Origin: Dehalococcoidia bacterium
GTDB taxonomy: Bacteria > Chloroflexota > Dehalococcoidia > Lucifugimonadales > Lucifugimonadaceae
Length of the DNA stretch: 35,636 bases
Assembly: GCA_028278465.1 (NCBI GenBank)
Contig: JANQEF010000145.1
Coordinates: forward strand, 1 to 35,636
Reading direction: 5' to 3'
In this document: piece by piece, positions 8,443 through 17,692 of the stretch
Numbering within the stretch: position 1 is the stretch's first letter
How the letters are laid out: each line of letters begins with the position of its first letter
Made by a program: the position numbers and the translations under genes
Notes under the pieces: generated by a model
What the model was told of the DNA's origin: nothing
The model's database searches: none
Seen by the model: only the letters and a program-made list of their open reading frames with translations

Positions 8443-8784
8443 CTAGTTCAGCGCTACCTCGTCGCGCTCACTCGTCCTGATCCGGTAGACCTCGGTGACC
8501 TCTCGCACGAAGATCTTGCCGTCACCAACGTTGCCGGTCCTGGCCGCGCCCATGATGGCCTCGACAGCGGTATCGGAGAGGTCGTCCGGGACAACGACGT
8601 CTATCCGCGTCTTCGGCACGTACTCGACGCGGTACTCGATTCCCCTGTAGGTATCAGTCGAGCCGCCCTGCGAACCGAAGCCGCGGGCATCGGTGACGGT
8701 CATTCCGTGCACACCGGCGGCTGACAGGGCATCGCGCACAGGACCGAGCCGCACTGGCTGGATGATCGCAGTTATCTCTTTCAT
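8443..8784 (-). CDS. glnB: P-II nitrogen regulatory protein (GlnB/GlnK family)
   Basis: 113 aa. MKEITAIIQP, T-loop GFGSQGGSTDTYRGIEY with the conserved Tyr, B-loop TGNVGDGKIFV, and RIRTSE. GGAGG lies 9 nt upstream of the ATG. No amtB or glnA is adjacent. Confidence 0.9.
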   Translation of the reverse strand: MKEITAIIQPVRLGPVRDALSAAGVHGMTVTDARGFGSQGGSTDTYRGIEYRVEYVPKTRIDVVVPDDLSDTAVEAIMGAARTGNVGDGKIFVREVTEVYRIRTSERDEVALN

Positions 8785-8954
8785 AGCGCCTGACCTCCAG
8801 TCCGTGGCCCGTGTCGCCGGGCAGTGAAGCGAGTTCCGCAGATCATACTCGGTCGACTGCCGCTGTTTTGTCTGCGTTCTCTCAGCATAGGTGAAGCTGA
8901 CGCCCCGGCATCGGAAAGACGTGACATCTACATGAGGCCGGTAACGTACGGCTT

Positions 8955-9791
8955 CTAGCCGAGAGTGACGTTGTCGATCAGGCGAGCGGTTCCGACGCGC
9001 GCGGCCAGGGCGAGGGTCGCGCCGCTCTGCGCCTCGCCGGAAATCTCTTCGAAGGTTTCCGGGTTCACCACGCTTACGTAGTCGAGTCTGATCAGGGGCT
9101 CCTGCTTCAGCAAGTGGAGAACGTGGTCTCTGATCGCATCGGCCTGTCGTTTTCCGGACTTCCAGAGTACCTGGCCCGACATCAGTGATCGATACAGCGC
9201 TGGCGCCGCCGCGCGTTCGGCCTCGCCCAGGTACCGATTGCGGCTGCTCAGGGCGAGGCCATCGGGCTCGCGGACCGTCGGGATGCGCTCGATCTCGACC
9301 CCGAACACCAGGTCGCGGTTCAGGTTCTCGATGATCCTCAGCTGCTGCGCGTCTTTCTCTCCGAAAGTGGCGATGTCAGGCTGGATGATCGAAAACAGCT
9401 TGGAGACGACAGTTGCCACGCCGACGAAGTGTCCCGGTCGGTGAGCGCCCTCGAGAATGGTCCCGATCTTCCCCGGGTCCACGCTTGTGCTGGCCCTGGT
9501 CGCGTACATCTCAGATTTCGGCGGAGCGAATACGGCCGCAGCTCCGTGCTTCTCAAACAGCGCCAGGTCCTGGGCACGGTCGTGCGGATATGTGGCGAGG
9601 TCTTCTGAAGCCGAGAATTGGGTCGGGTTCAGGAACAGTGAGCCTATCGTGACGTCAGCGATCTCACGCGCCCTGACCAGGTGAGCCTCATGCCCGGCGT
9701 GCATGCCGCCGAGAGTCGCCACCAGCGCAACCCGATCGTCGACCTCGCGCCTGTACTGCCGCATCTCGCGGACTGTCTCGATGATCCGCAT
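8955..9791 (-). CDS. panC: Pantoate--beta-alanine ligase
   Basis: 278 aa. VATLGGMHAGHEAHL (HxGH-type motif), FLNPTQF, FGEKDAQQ, ALSSRN. Confidence 0.9.
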   Translation of the reverse strand: MRIIETVREMRQYRREVDDRVALVATLGGMHAGHEAHLVRAREIADVTIGSLFLNPTQFSASEDLATYPHDRAQDLALFEKHGAAAVFAPPKSEMYATRASTSVDPGKIGTILEGAHRPGHFVGVATVVSKLFSIIQPDIATFGEKDAQQLRIIENLNRDLVFGVEIERIPTVREPDGLALSSRNRYLGEAERAAAPALYRSLMSGQVLWKSGKRQADAIRDHVLHLLKQEPLIRLDYVSVVNPETFEEISGEAQSGATLALAARVGTARLIDNVTLG

Positions 9792-9802
9792 CTACGTGAG
9801 AT

Positions 9803-10675
9803 CTAGTCCCGAGAACCGTACGGTCCGGACAGCGAAGGAGTCTCTTCCGATTTCGCCGGCTGCCTGTCCAGGTGGAACGACTGGGCGGCCGTAGGGAACT
9901 CGCCGAGCTTCACGTCTTCGGCGTACCGCTCAAGCGCGTCGCGGGCCGTCTCGCCGAGGCTGGCGTAGTTACCGGCATGCTTCGGCTTGAAGCCGAGCCC
10001 GAGGCCAAGCATGTCGTAGAGCACCTGCACCTGGCCGTCGGTGTCCGGCCCTGCGCCGATGCCTATGGTCGGAATGTCGAGTCTCTCGGTGATCTCCGCA
10101 GCCAGCTCCGCCGGGATCAGCTCCAGGACGATGGCGAACGCACCGGCTTCCTGCAGCGCCAGCGCATCCTCGATCAGCTCGTCTGCAGAGCGATCGGTCT
10201 TGCCCTGCACCCGGTAGCCGCCGAGCTTGTGCACAGACTGCGGAGTCAGGCCGATGTGCCCCATCACCGCCACACCGGCGTCGGTCAGCCGCCTGATGAT
10301 CGGAGCGACGGGCTTTCCGCCTTCCAGCTTCACCGCCTGCGCTCCGCCTTCCTGCAGCAGCCGGCCAGCGTTGCGTAGCGCGGTCTCCGCATCCACCTGG
10401 TAGCTCATGAAAGGCATGTCCACCACGACGAGCGGGGTTTCGGCACCGCGAACCACCGCCGCCGAGTGACGGATCATGTCCTCGACAGTTACAGGGATGG
10501 TGGAATCGAATCCGAGAACAACGTTGCCAAGGCTGTCGCCGACGAGAATCATCGGGATGCTGGCTGCTTCGACGATCTGGGCCTGTGTGTAGTCGTAGGC
10601 GGTCACCATCGGGATCCGCTCGCCTCGGGCCTTCATCGCCTGGATCTTGTGTGTAGTGATCCTGCGCGGTCGCAT
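9803..10675 (-). CDS. panB: 3-methyl-2-oxobutanoate hydroxymethyltransferase
   Basis: IPMVTAYDY, LVGDSLG, VVDMPF, VKLEGG, GHIGLTPQ. The start is set at ATG 10673-10675, preceded by AGGAGG. The track ORF extends to a GTG at 10729 that overlaps the upstream stop, which is the alternative start. Confidence 0.9.
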   Translation of the reverse strand: MRPRRITTHKIQAMKARGERIPMVTAYDYTQAQIVEAASIPMILVGDSLGNVVLGFDSTIPVTVEDMIRHSAAVVRGAETPLVVVDMPFMSYQVDAETALRNAGRLLQEGGAQAVKLEGGKPVAPIIRRLTDAGVAVMGHIGLTPQSVHKLGGYRVQGKTDRSADELIEDALALQEAGAFAIVLELIPAELAAEITERLDIPTIGIGAGPDTDGQVQVLYDMLGLGLGFKPKHAGNYASLGETARDALERYAEDVKLGEFPTAAQSFHLDRQPAKSEETPSLSGPYGSRD

Positions 10676-10725
10676 GAATACCTCCTGCCGATCGGCTGCC
10701 TGCGGCTCACCGTCGGACTTACCGT

Positions 10726-11667
10726 TCACGCCTCTTCTATCTTGCCACAGCTTTCCTGGAGCGTGGTCCTCAATATATGTTTGATGCTTTGCTCCACCTC
10801 CGGGGTCAGGTTTCCCTGTTCCCGGGCGATGTGCAGGGCAGCGTTCGCCAGCGCCGAATAGGCCGCTCCCATTTCGGCGGAGACGTCCGACGTCGCCTGC
10901 AGGTGCGCTCGGACGGTCTCTGCATCACCTCTAACATACGGGCCGGTCAGGGCGTTCGGAAGGCCGTTTTCCGCCAGTGAGTTCGCGGTCGTTTTCACAA
11001 GCGGCGTGAGCGATTCGAGCGCCTTTTCTCTCGAGATGCCACCTGCCGAGGCCCACACCTCAGCGGCGAGTCCGGTCAGGCCGGCGAGGAGACCGCAGGC
11101 CATGACAGCGGCGGTGTGGTAGGCGGCGCGACGCTCGCTGGTGAGCTCATATGTCCAGCCGTCGAGTTCGTTAGCGAGTGAGGAGAGCCACTCAAACAGA
11201 GCAGGGTCGGGAGACTCGATCCCGAATGCGATCTGTCGGAGGGAGTCGGCTGAGTCAGGAGTCGGAAAGGTCTGCATCGGGTGGAAGCCGCCGATTGCCG
11301 CGCCTGACGCAGCGGCGGACTCCAGCGCAGAGAGGCTGACGGCGCCTGAGCAGTGGACAACGGCCTGTCCAGGCCTCCAGCGAACTGATTCGGCCACTTC
11401 GCGAACGGCGCTGTCCGAAGTAGTGACGAAGACGATGTCTGACTCGGCGGAGACTTCGTCGGGCCCGGCGTGGACCGCCGCGTCGGGAAGCCGTGACTGC
11501 AGCCATCGACGATGGTCGGCGCGTCGGCTGGAAAGGGCTACTACTCGGTATCCGGCTCTATCAAGGGCGATTGCGAGGCTGGAGCCAAGACGTCCGGCTC
11601 CGACAAAACCGATCGCACTGCTCCTGTCGAAGCTGCCTGACCGGTGAGTGGCGGTTTCCTCAGCCAT
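10726..11667 (-). CDS. Rossmann-fold NAD(P)-binding protein with DUF2520-like C-terminus; possible ketopantoate reductase role by operon context
   Basis: IGFVGAGRLGSSLAIAL dinucleotide-binding start. The start is set at ATG 11665-11667, overlapping the upstream stop by 8 nt. The track ORF extends to 11763. A gene of this family sits next to panC in mycobacteria, as I recall. The function is inferred. Confidence 0.6.
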   Translation of the reverse strand: MAEETATHRSGSFDRSSAIGFVGAGRLGSSLAIALDRAGYRVVALSSRRADHRRWLQSRLPDAAVHAGPDEVSAESDIVFVTTSDSAVREVAESVRWRPGQAVVHCSGAVSLSALESAAASGAAIGGFHPMQTFPTPDSADSLRQIAFGIESPDPALFEWLSSLANELDGWTYELTSERRAAYHTAAVMACGLLAGLTGLAAEVWASAGGISREKALESLTPLVKTTANSLAENGLPNALTGPYVRGDAETVRAHLQATSDVSAEMGAAYSALANAALHIAREQGNLTPEVEQSIKHILRTTLQESCGKIEEA

Positions 11668-12670
11668 TCCAGCGTTCCATGAGCCGTTCGCCCATCGGCA
11701 GGTCTCGCACGGCCTGTACGCCTCCCAGCGAGGTGGCGCTGAACATCCCGTCAAGGATCGCACCGGCTGTCGCCTTCAGCGCGGCAGCGTGCAACGCGTC
11801 GATGTTGCCTTCAACATCGCTCTTTCCTGTTGCGAGGGCGAAAACGCTGTCGCCGTCGTTCTGCGTGTGAGACGGCCGGACCGCCAGCGCGATGCCGTCC
11901 TGCGATGCGATCGCCAGCCGCGATGCTCCGATCTTGTCCAGCTTCGCATCGGTGGCGATCACGCCGATCACGGTGTTGCGAAAGAAACCGCGTGAACGCG
12001 GTGGCGTATTGACCAGGAGTTCAACCGTGCTCTCGCAGCCGTCTCGCTCTTCGTTGAGGGGTCCGGCGATCGCCTCGCCGTCTGCCGGGTCGAACACATC
12101 GCCGACGGCGTTGACCGCGAACAGCGCGCCGACCGTCGTTCCGTCGCTCAACTTGACGGACGCCGTGCCGACGCCTCCCTTAACGGACCGCTCAGTGCCG
12201 AGCATCTTCCCCACCGTGCAGCCGGTGCCGACCCCGACGGAGCCTCGCTCAAACTCCTTGCTGGCGCTGGCGGCCGCGGTGTAACCGTTCTCCGCAGTGG
12301 GGCGAACGGCGAAGTTTATGAAAGCAAGGTCGAAGATCACCGCAGCGGGCACCAGCGGAATGTTCATCCGTCCGAACTGCAGGCCGACGCCGTTCTCTTC
12401 GAGATAGCGAATCGTCCCGCCCGGCGCGTCGAGGCCGAAGACGCTGCCTCCGGTCAGCATGGCGCCGTTGACCCACTGCGCGGCGGAAAGCGGGTGAAGA
12501 AGCTCTGTTTCCCTGCTTCCCGGCGCAGCTCCTCGCACTTCGACTCCGGCCGTTGCAGGGCCGTCGCTGAGGACGATCGAGCACCCGGTGCCGTTTTCGG
12601 TATCGGTGTAGTGACCCACCGCGATCCCGGCCACGTCGGTGATCGAGCCGTCTGTGCTGGTGAAGTTCAA
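11660..12670 (-). CDS. Peptidase family S58/P1 (DmpA/BapA-like Ntn aminopeptidase homolog)
   Basis: 336 aa with a TTG start. ITDVAGIAVGHYTD, GCSIVL, GVEVRGAAPGSRETELL, LTGGSVFGLDA, NTVIGVIATDAKL, NDGDSVFALATG. Confidence 0.7.
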   Translation of the reverse strand: MNFTSTDGSITDVAGIAVGHYTDTENGTGCSIVLSDGPATAGVEVRGAAPGSRETELLHPLSAAQWVNGAMLTGGSVFGLDAPGGTIRYLEENGVGLQFGRMNIPLVPAAVIFDLAFINFAVRPTAENGYTAAASASKEFERGSVGVGTGCTVGKMLGTERSVKGGVGTASVKLSDGTTVGALFAVNAVGDVFDPADGEAIAGPLNEERDGCESTVELLVNTPPRSRGFFRNTVIGVIATDAKLDKIGASRLAIASQDGIALAVRPSHTQNDGDSVFALATGKSDVEGNIDALHAAALKATAGAILDGMFSATSLGGVQAVRDLPMGERLMERWNG

Positions 12671-13040
12671 CGAGTTAGATTCCGTGTTTGGTGTCGATGT
12701 GGTCTGAACTTGCGACTGTGCTCTGGCGCGAGTGCACTGAACCGCGCTCGATTATGCATCACCGGCCAGCGGCAGGCTGAGTAGGCTCAACTATTGCCCG
12801 CTGCGCCTGCTCGACCACCGGCGCCGCGACTGAAAAATCTCATCCTCTCGAAACACCAAATCACTTGACGGCGGGCGTATACTTTTCTGAATTTTTCATG
12901 TGCGGAATTCGTAGAGGTGGGCGACACTTCCCCGGACCGGTCTAAGTAGCCGGTCTACGGGATAAAACGTACACTGCACGGGAAGCGATCAGCGGCTCGG
13001 CAGTCAGGGGCCGGCAACGGCTGAAAAGAGGTAACTCAAG

Positions 13041-14183
13041 TTGGCCCGAGAATTCAAAGAGCTCCGACCCGCCTACGGATTCGACGACGTGGCAATCGTC
13101 CCCGGCGATATCACACTGAACCCTGAACTCGTGGACATCTCGACCAGCATAGACGGCGTTGGGATGGAGATTCCGTTCATGGCTTCCGCCATGGACTCGG
13201 TTGTCGATACGAATTTCGCAATCGAGATGAGCAAGGCCGGCGGCATGGCCGTCATGAACATGGACGGCATCCAGACCCGTTACGACGATCCGGAGCCGAT
13301 CTACCAGGAGATTGCCGAGACGCCGCGTGAGGCAGCCACCGCGCTCATGCAGAAGATCTACTCGCAGCCGATAAAGAACGAACTGGTGGGCAAGCGGGTT
13401 GAGGACATCAAGAAGGGTGGCGGCACCGCCGCCGTCTCGTTCGTTCCGGCAAGCACCAAGAGGCTGGCTCCGCTGGCCGAAGAGGCCGGCGCCGACGTGA
13501 TCGTCGTGCAGGGAACAGTCGTCACTGTCCGCCACAACTCACGCTCCCTCGAAGGGCTGATCCTCTCGAAGCTGGTGAAGCAGCTCGACGTGCCGGTGAT
13601 CGTAGGAAATACCGTCACTTATGACGTCGTGAAGGAGATGATGGCTGAAGGCGTTCACGGTGTGCTGGTCGGGGTGGGCCCCGGCGCCGCCTGTACCAGC
13701 CGCGAGGTGCTTGGCATCGGCGTGCCGCAGGTCTCGGCGACGATCGAGTGCGCCGCAGCCAGGGACGACTACTTCGAAGAGACCGGACGCTACGTGCCGA
13801 TAATCACAGACGGCGGAATTCGCACCGGTGGCGATGTCTGCAAGTCTTTCGCGGCCGGCGCAGACACCGTGATGATCGGCTCTCCCTTTGCGAAGACGAC
13901 CGAGGCGCCCGGTCATGGCAACCACTGGGGCATGGCGACTCCCCATGCGTCGCTCCCTCGAGGCACCAGGCTCTCGGTGGGCACCGACTACTCGCTCAAC
14001 CAGCTGCTCTTTGGCCCTTCCTCTAAGACCGACGGAACGGAGAACCTTGTCGGTGCGCTCCGGGTCTCGATGGGATATGTTGGCGCCGAGACGGTCCGTG
14101 AGATGCACAACGCCCGCATGATGTACGCGCCGGCGATCAAGACGGAAGGCAAGATCTACCAGATGGCCGGACTCGGCAGCTAA
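13041..14183 (+). CDS. guaB3: GuaB3-type IMP dehydrogenase-related protein (no CBS insert)
   Basis: 380 aa. TTG start after [55 protein letters not shown]. The length and the absence of a CBS pair fit the GuaB3 subgroup. Confidence 0.75.
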   Translation: MAREFKELRPAYGFDDVAIVPGDITLNPELVDISTSIDGVGMEIPFMASAMDSVVDTNFAIEMSKAGGMAVMNMDGIQTRYDDPEPIYQEIAETPREAATALMQKIYSQPIKNELVGKRVEDIKKGGGTAAVSFVPASTKRLAPLAEEAGADVIVVQGTVVTVRHNSRSLEGLILSKLVKQLDVPVIVGNTVTYDVVKEMMAEGVHGVLVGVGPGAACTSREVLGIGVPQVSATIECAAARDDYFEETGRYVPIITDGGIRTGGDVCKSFAAGADTVMIGSPFAKTTEAPGHGNHWGMATPHASLPRGTRLSVGTDYSLNQLLFGPSSKTDGTENLVGALRVSMGYVGAETVREMHNARMMYAPAIKTEGKIYQMAGLGS

Positions 14184-14235
14184 GTCCCGCCGGTCCATCC
14201 TTCCACGTCAGCCCCGTCCGCGCGTAGCGCCGTCG

Positions 14236-15528
14236 ATGGCGCGCACCCAGCACATGTTTAAGAAGCCCCGTGGCACGCAGGACATACTGCCTTCGGACCA
14301 GGCCTACTGGAACTACGTCCGCAAGACCGCCCGCGCCGTAGCGGCCGAGTTCGGATACGGCCGGATCGACACCCCGATGTTCGAGTCGACCGACCTGTTC
14401 CAGCGCGGCGTCGGGGATGAGACCGACATCGTGCAGAAGGAGATGTACTCCTTCGAGGACCTCGGCGGCGATTCGCTCACCCTGAGACCGGAAGGCACCG
14501 CATCGGTCTGCCGTGCCTACATCGAGAACGGCCTGCACAACCTCCCTCAGCCGGTGCGGCAGTTCTATCTCTCTCCGATGTTCAGGTACGAGAGGCCGCA
14601 GGCGGGACGTCTGCGTCAGCACAACCAGTTCGGCGCGGAGGCGATCGGCGATGGCTCGGCTGCTGTGGACGCCGAGGTCATCGAGCTCGGATTTCGCTAC
14701 ATCCGGGAGCTCGGCATCACCGATTTCACGCTTCGGCTGAACTCCATCGGCGACCCGGAAGAGCGAGTGCCGTACCTGGCGAAGCTGCGTGACCACTTCT
14801 CCCGGTATTCAAGTGAGCTGCCGAAAGTTGACCTGGCGCGACTGGACCGTGCCCCGCTTCGGCTCCTCGACTCCAAGGACGAGAAGACTCGCAAGATCGG
14901 CGAGGACGCTCCAAGGGCGGTCGACCACCTCGGACCCGAGTCGCAGGCACACTGGGACGAGTTGCTGAGCCTGCTGGACGGGCTGAGGCAGGTCTACCCG
15001 GAGTTCAGTTACCAGGTGGACCACAGGCTGGTCCGGGGTCTCGACTACTACAACAGGACCGTCTTCGAGTTCGAGCCGAAGGATGCCGGCAGCCAGGGCA
15101 CGATCCTGGCCGGTGGCCGCTACGACCCGCTGATCGAGATCCTGGGTGGGCCGCCGACGCCCGGAATCGGCTTCGGGTCGGGCATCGAACGCATAGTCAT
15201 CGAGCTGCGGTCGCAGGAGATCCCGGTGCCATCACCGGATCCGCTCGCGGTGGTGATCATCAGCGCTGGATCGGCGCGGGCCGCGGCGGCCAGGCTCGCA
15301 GCCGAACTCAGGTCAAACCGCATCTCCACCGTCCTGGCCCCTGAGAGGTCGTTCAAGGCGCAGATGCGCTACGCCAACCAGGCAGGGGCCGTTCAGGCCT
15401 TGATCCTCGGAGAGCGGGAACTGGAGTCAGGCAACGTGGCGCTGAAGCCGATGCAGGACGATTCCCCGCAGGTGGAGATCGCGCTGTCCGAGATCGCCGC
15501 GCACCTCGGCAGCAAGCCAGCGGATTAG
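14236..15528 (+). CDS. hisS: Histidine--tRNA ligase
   Basis: 430 aa. PRGTQDILP, KEMYSFEDLGGDSLTLRPEGTA, FRYERPQAGRLRQHNQFG, GGRYD. An alternative start is Met7 (14254). Confidence 0.95.
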   Translation: MARTQHMFKKPRGTQDILPSDQAYWNYVRKTARAVAAEFGYGRIDTPMFESTDLFQRGVGDETDIVQKEMYSFEDLGGDSLTLRPEGTASVCRAYIENGLHNLPQPVRQFYLSPMFRYERPQAGRLRQHNQFGAEAIGDGSAAVDAEVIELGFRYIRELGITDFTLRLNSIGDPEERVPYLAKLRDHFSRYSSELPKVDLARLDRAPLRLLDSKDEKTRKIGEDAPRAVDHLGPESQAHWDELLSLLDGLRQVYPEFSYQVDHRLVRGLDYYNRTVFEFEPKDAGSQGTILAGGRYDPLIEILGGPPTPGIGFGSGIERIVIELRSQEIPVPSPDPLAVVIISAGSARAAAARLAAELRSNRISTVLAPERSFKAQMRYANQAGAVQALILGERELESGNVALKPMQDDSPQVEIALSEIAAHLGSKPAD

Positions 15529-15588
15529 CTGCTCTCGCGCCAGCCGCTCACGAGGGCCGTCCAGTTCGGCCCGTGCTATTCTCGAACG

Positions 15589-16674
15589 ATGCAAGAATCG
15601 ATGTTGAGCCGCCTCAGCGAGATCGCCGACAGGCACGCTGAGGTCGAGCACCTGATGTCACAGCCTGAGACGGCGCAAGACCCCAACGCCATGCGCCGTC
15701 TCGGTCGCGAGCACAGCGACCTTCAGAACGTCGTCGACCTCTGGCGCGAGTACGAATCCGTGAGCAAGGATCTCGAAGAGGCGAGGTCTCTGCTGGCAGA
15801 TGAGACGGACGCAGAACTGCTCGACATGGCCCGTGCGGAGGTCTCGGAACTCGAAGGCCGAATGGAGCCGCTGGTCGAGCAGATCCAGAACGCGCTCATC
15901 CCGCGCGACGCCACCGAGCATGCCGACGCCGTGATCGAGATCCGCGCAGGCGCGGGCGGCGACGAGGCCGGGCTGTTCGCATCTGACCTGCTCAGGATGT
16001 ACCAGCGATATGCGGAGACGAACAGCTGGAAGTTCGATGTTCTCGACAGCAGCGAAACCGGCGTGGGTGGCGTCAAGGAGGTGGTCTTCGAGGTGTCGGG
16101 TGACGGCGCATTCCGGCGGCTGAAGCTGGAGAGTGGCGTTCACCGGGTGCAGCGCGTTCCGGCCACTGAATCGCAGGGTCGAATCCACACTTCAACCGCC
16201 ACGGTTGCCGTGCTGCCGAAGGCGGAAGAGGTGGACGTTGAGATCAATGACAGCGATATCCGCACCGACGTCTATCACTCCGGCGGCGCAGGCGGCCAGA
16301 ACGTGAACAAGGTGGCGACGGCGATCAGGCTGACGCACATTCCTACGGGGATCGTCGTCACCTGCCAGAACGAGCGGTCGCAACTGCAGAACCGGCTCAA
16401 GGCAATGGAGATCCTGCGTTCTCGTCTCTGGGATGAGCAGATCAGGCAGCAGCAGAACGAGATTGCGGCCGACCGCAAGGCGCAGGTCGGAACGGGCGAC
16501 CGGTCCGAGAAGATCAGGACCTACAACTTCCCCCAGAGCCGGGTGACCGACCACCGGATCGGCTTTACGAGTCATCAGTTGGACCGCGTGCTGGCCGGTG
16601 AGATCGACGAGTTCATCGACGCTTTGCTGGCCGAGGAGCAGGCTCGCAAGCTGGCGGCCGTAGCGACCGGCTGA
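15589..16674 (+). CDS. prfA: Peptide chain release factor 1
   Basis: 361 aa. PATESQGRIHTS (the PxT tripeptide of RF1) and SGGAGGQNVNKV (the GGQ motif). Confidence 0.95.
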   Translation: MQESMLSRLSEIADRHAEVEHLMSQPETAQDPNAMRRLGREHSDLQNVVDLWREYESVSKDLEEARSLLADETDAELLDMARAEVSELEGRMEPLVEQIQNALIPRDATEHADAVIEIRAGAGGDEAGLFASDLLRMYQRYAETNSWKFDVLDSSETGVGGVKEVVFEVSGDGAFRRLKLESGVHRVQRVPATESQGRIHTSTATVAVLPKAEEVDVEINDSDIRTDVYHSGGAGGQNVNKVATAIRLTHIPTGIVVTCQNERSQLQNRLKAMEILRSRLWDEQIRQQQNEIAADRKAQVGTGDRSEKIRTYNFPQSRVTDHRIGFTSHQLDRVLAGEIDEFIDALLAEEQARKLAAVATG

Positions 16675-17624
16675 TGGCGCGGCACAAGTCCGGGGTTGAT
16701 GGCGAGTCGGATGGGCGCGCGGCGACTGCCGGTCCTGGTGGTAGCCAGCGGCTGCTCGACGGCGTCTCGACCGCCCGCGAGGCACTGTCGCAGGCAACGC
16801 AGCTTCTCGCAGACCACGAGATTCCGGACACGCCACTCGAAGCCAGGACACTTGTCCGCGCTGCGCTTGGGGTCTCGCAGGCTGAGTTGCTCACGAGTCC
16901 CGGTTCGCCCGTGACGCCTGAACAACTGGACGAGCTAGGTCGCTTCATGGAGCGCAGGCTGGACCGGGAGCCACTCCAGTACATCATCGGCGAAGTCGAG
17001 TTCTACGGCCGTCAGTTCACGGTAGACGAACGCGTGCTAATCCCGCGCCCGGAGACAGAATTGCTCGTGGAGCAGGCGCTTCTGCGCACCAGCGAGTGCG
17101 ACATTCAGACGCCGAGCGTGCTGGACATCGGAACCGGCAGCGGAGTGCTGGCGGCCACGCTGGCGAAGGAGCTTGCGTCAGCAAAGGTTGTGGCCACGGA
17201 TATCTCGCAGGCCGCGCTGGACGTAGCGGCCGAAAACGCTCACCGCCAGGGCGTTTCCGGGCAGATCGAACTCCGTCGGTGCTCGCTGGCCGAAGGAGTT
17301 AGCGGCCCGTTCGACATCGTGGTCTGCAATCCGCCGTATGTCCGCTCGGGCTTCCTGGACGGACCTGACGTTCAGCCCGAACTTGCCAACGAGCCAAGGC
17401 TGGCTCTTGATGGCGGTGCGGATGGCATGGACGTCTATCGCCCGCTCTTCGCTGCGCTGCCAGCATTGCTGTCCGACACCGGCGCGGCGTACATCGAGAT
17501 CGATCCGCCGGTCGCTGAGGGCTGCGTGAGCCTCGCTAAGCAGCACATGCCACGGGCGAGCGCGTCGGTCCTCACCGATCTAGCCGGTCTCGAACGATGT
17601 ATGGCCATCGAACTCGCCTGCTGA
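16674..17624 (+). CDS. prmC: Release-factor glutamine N5-methyltransferase (PrmC/HemK)
   Basis: 316 aa. The ATG overlaps the prfA TGA by 1 nt. PLQYIIGEVEFYG, LIPRPETE, DIGTGSG, VCNPPYV. Confidence 0.9.
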   Translation: MARHKSGVDGESDGRAATAGPGGSQRLLDGVSTAREALSQATQLLADHEIPDTPLEARTLVRAALGVSQAELLTSPGSPVTPEQLDELGRFMERRLDREPLQYIIGEVEFYGRQFTVDERVLIPRPETELLVEQALLRTSECDIQTPSVLDIGTGSGVLAATLAKELASAKVVATDISQAALDVAAENAHRQGVSGQIELRRCSLAEGVSGPFDIVVCNPPYVRSGFLDGPDVQPELANEPRLALDGGADGMDVYRPLFAALPALLSDTGAAYIEIDPPVAEGCVSLAKQHMPRASASVLTDLAGLERCMAIELAC

Positions 17625-17630
17625 AAAGAA

Positions 17631-17659
17631 AAAGCACGCCCGGATGTCGAGCGTGCTTT
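17631..17659 (-). terminator. Intrinsic terminator of the rplM-rpsI unit (partly bidirectional, also follows prmC)
   Basis: 9-bp stem AAAGCACGC (17631-17639) pairs with GCGTGCTTT (17651-17659) around an 11-nt loop. On the minus strand the hairpin is followed by UUCUUUUCAG. It lies 33 nt after the rpsI stop and 6 nt after the prmC stop. Confidence 0.75.
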
Positions 17660-17692
17660 CCGTTCGTCTTCAGGCTGCTCTAAAGAAGCGCT

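Noticed and set aside
12898-12945. 15-codon mini-ORF (MCGIRRGGRHFPGPV) and a 12-codon minus-strand mini-ORF in the long spacer, as possible leader peptides
   Set aside because: There is no Shine-Dalgarno, no regulatory codon run and no conservation evidence available.
12942-14198. Minus-strand ORFs (197 and 219 aa) overlapping guaB3
   Set aside because: They are antisense to a well-conserved IMPDH-family frame. They have no motifs or plausible start context.
15554-15572. GGGCCG/CGGCCC hairpin between hisS and prfA as an intrinsic terminator
   Set aside because: The stem is only 6 bp and has no following U-tract. The 60-nt gap is compatible with read-through or a simple RBS-sequestering element. 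The evidence is not enough to call.
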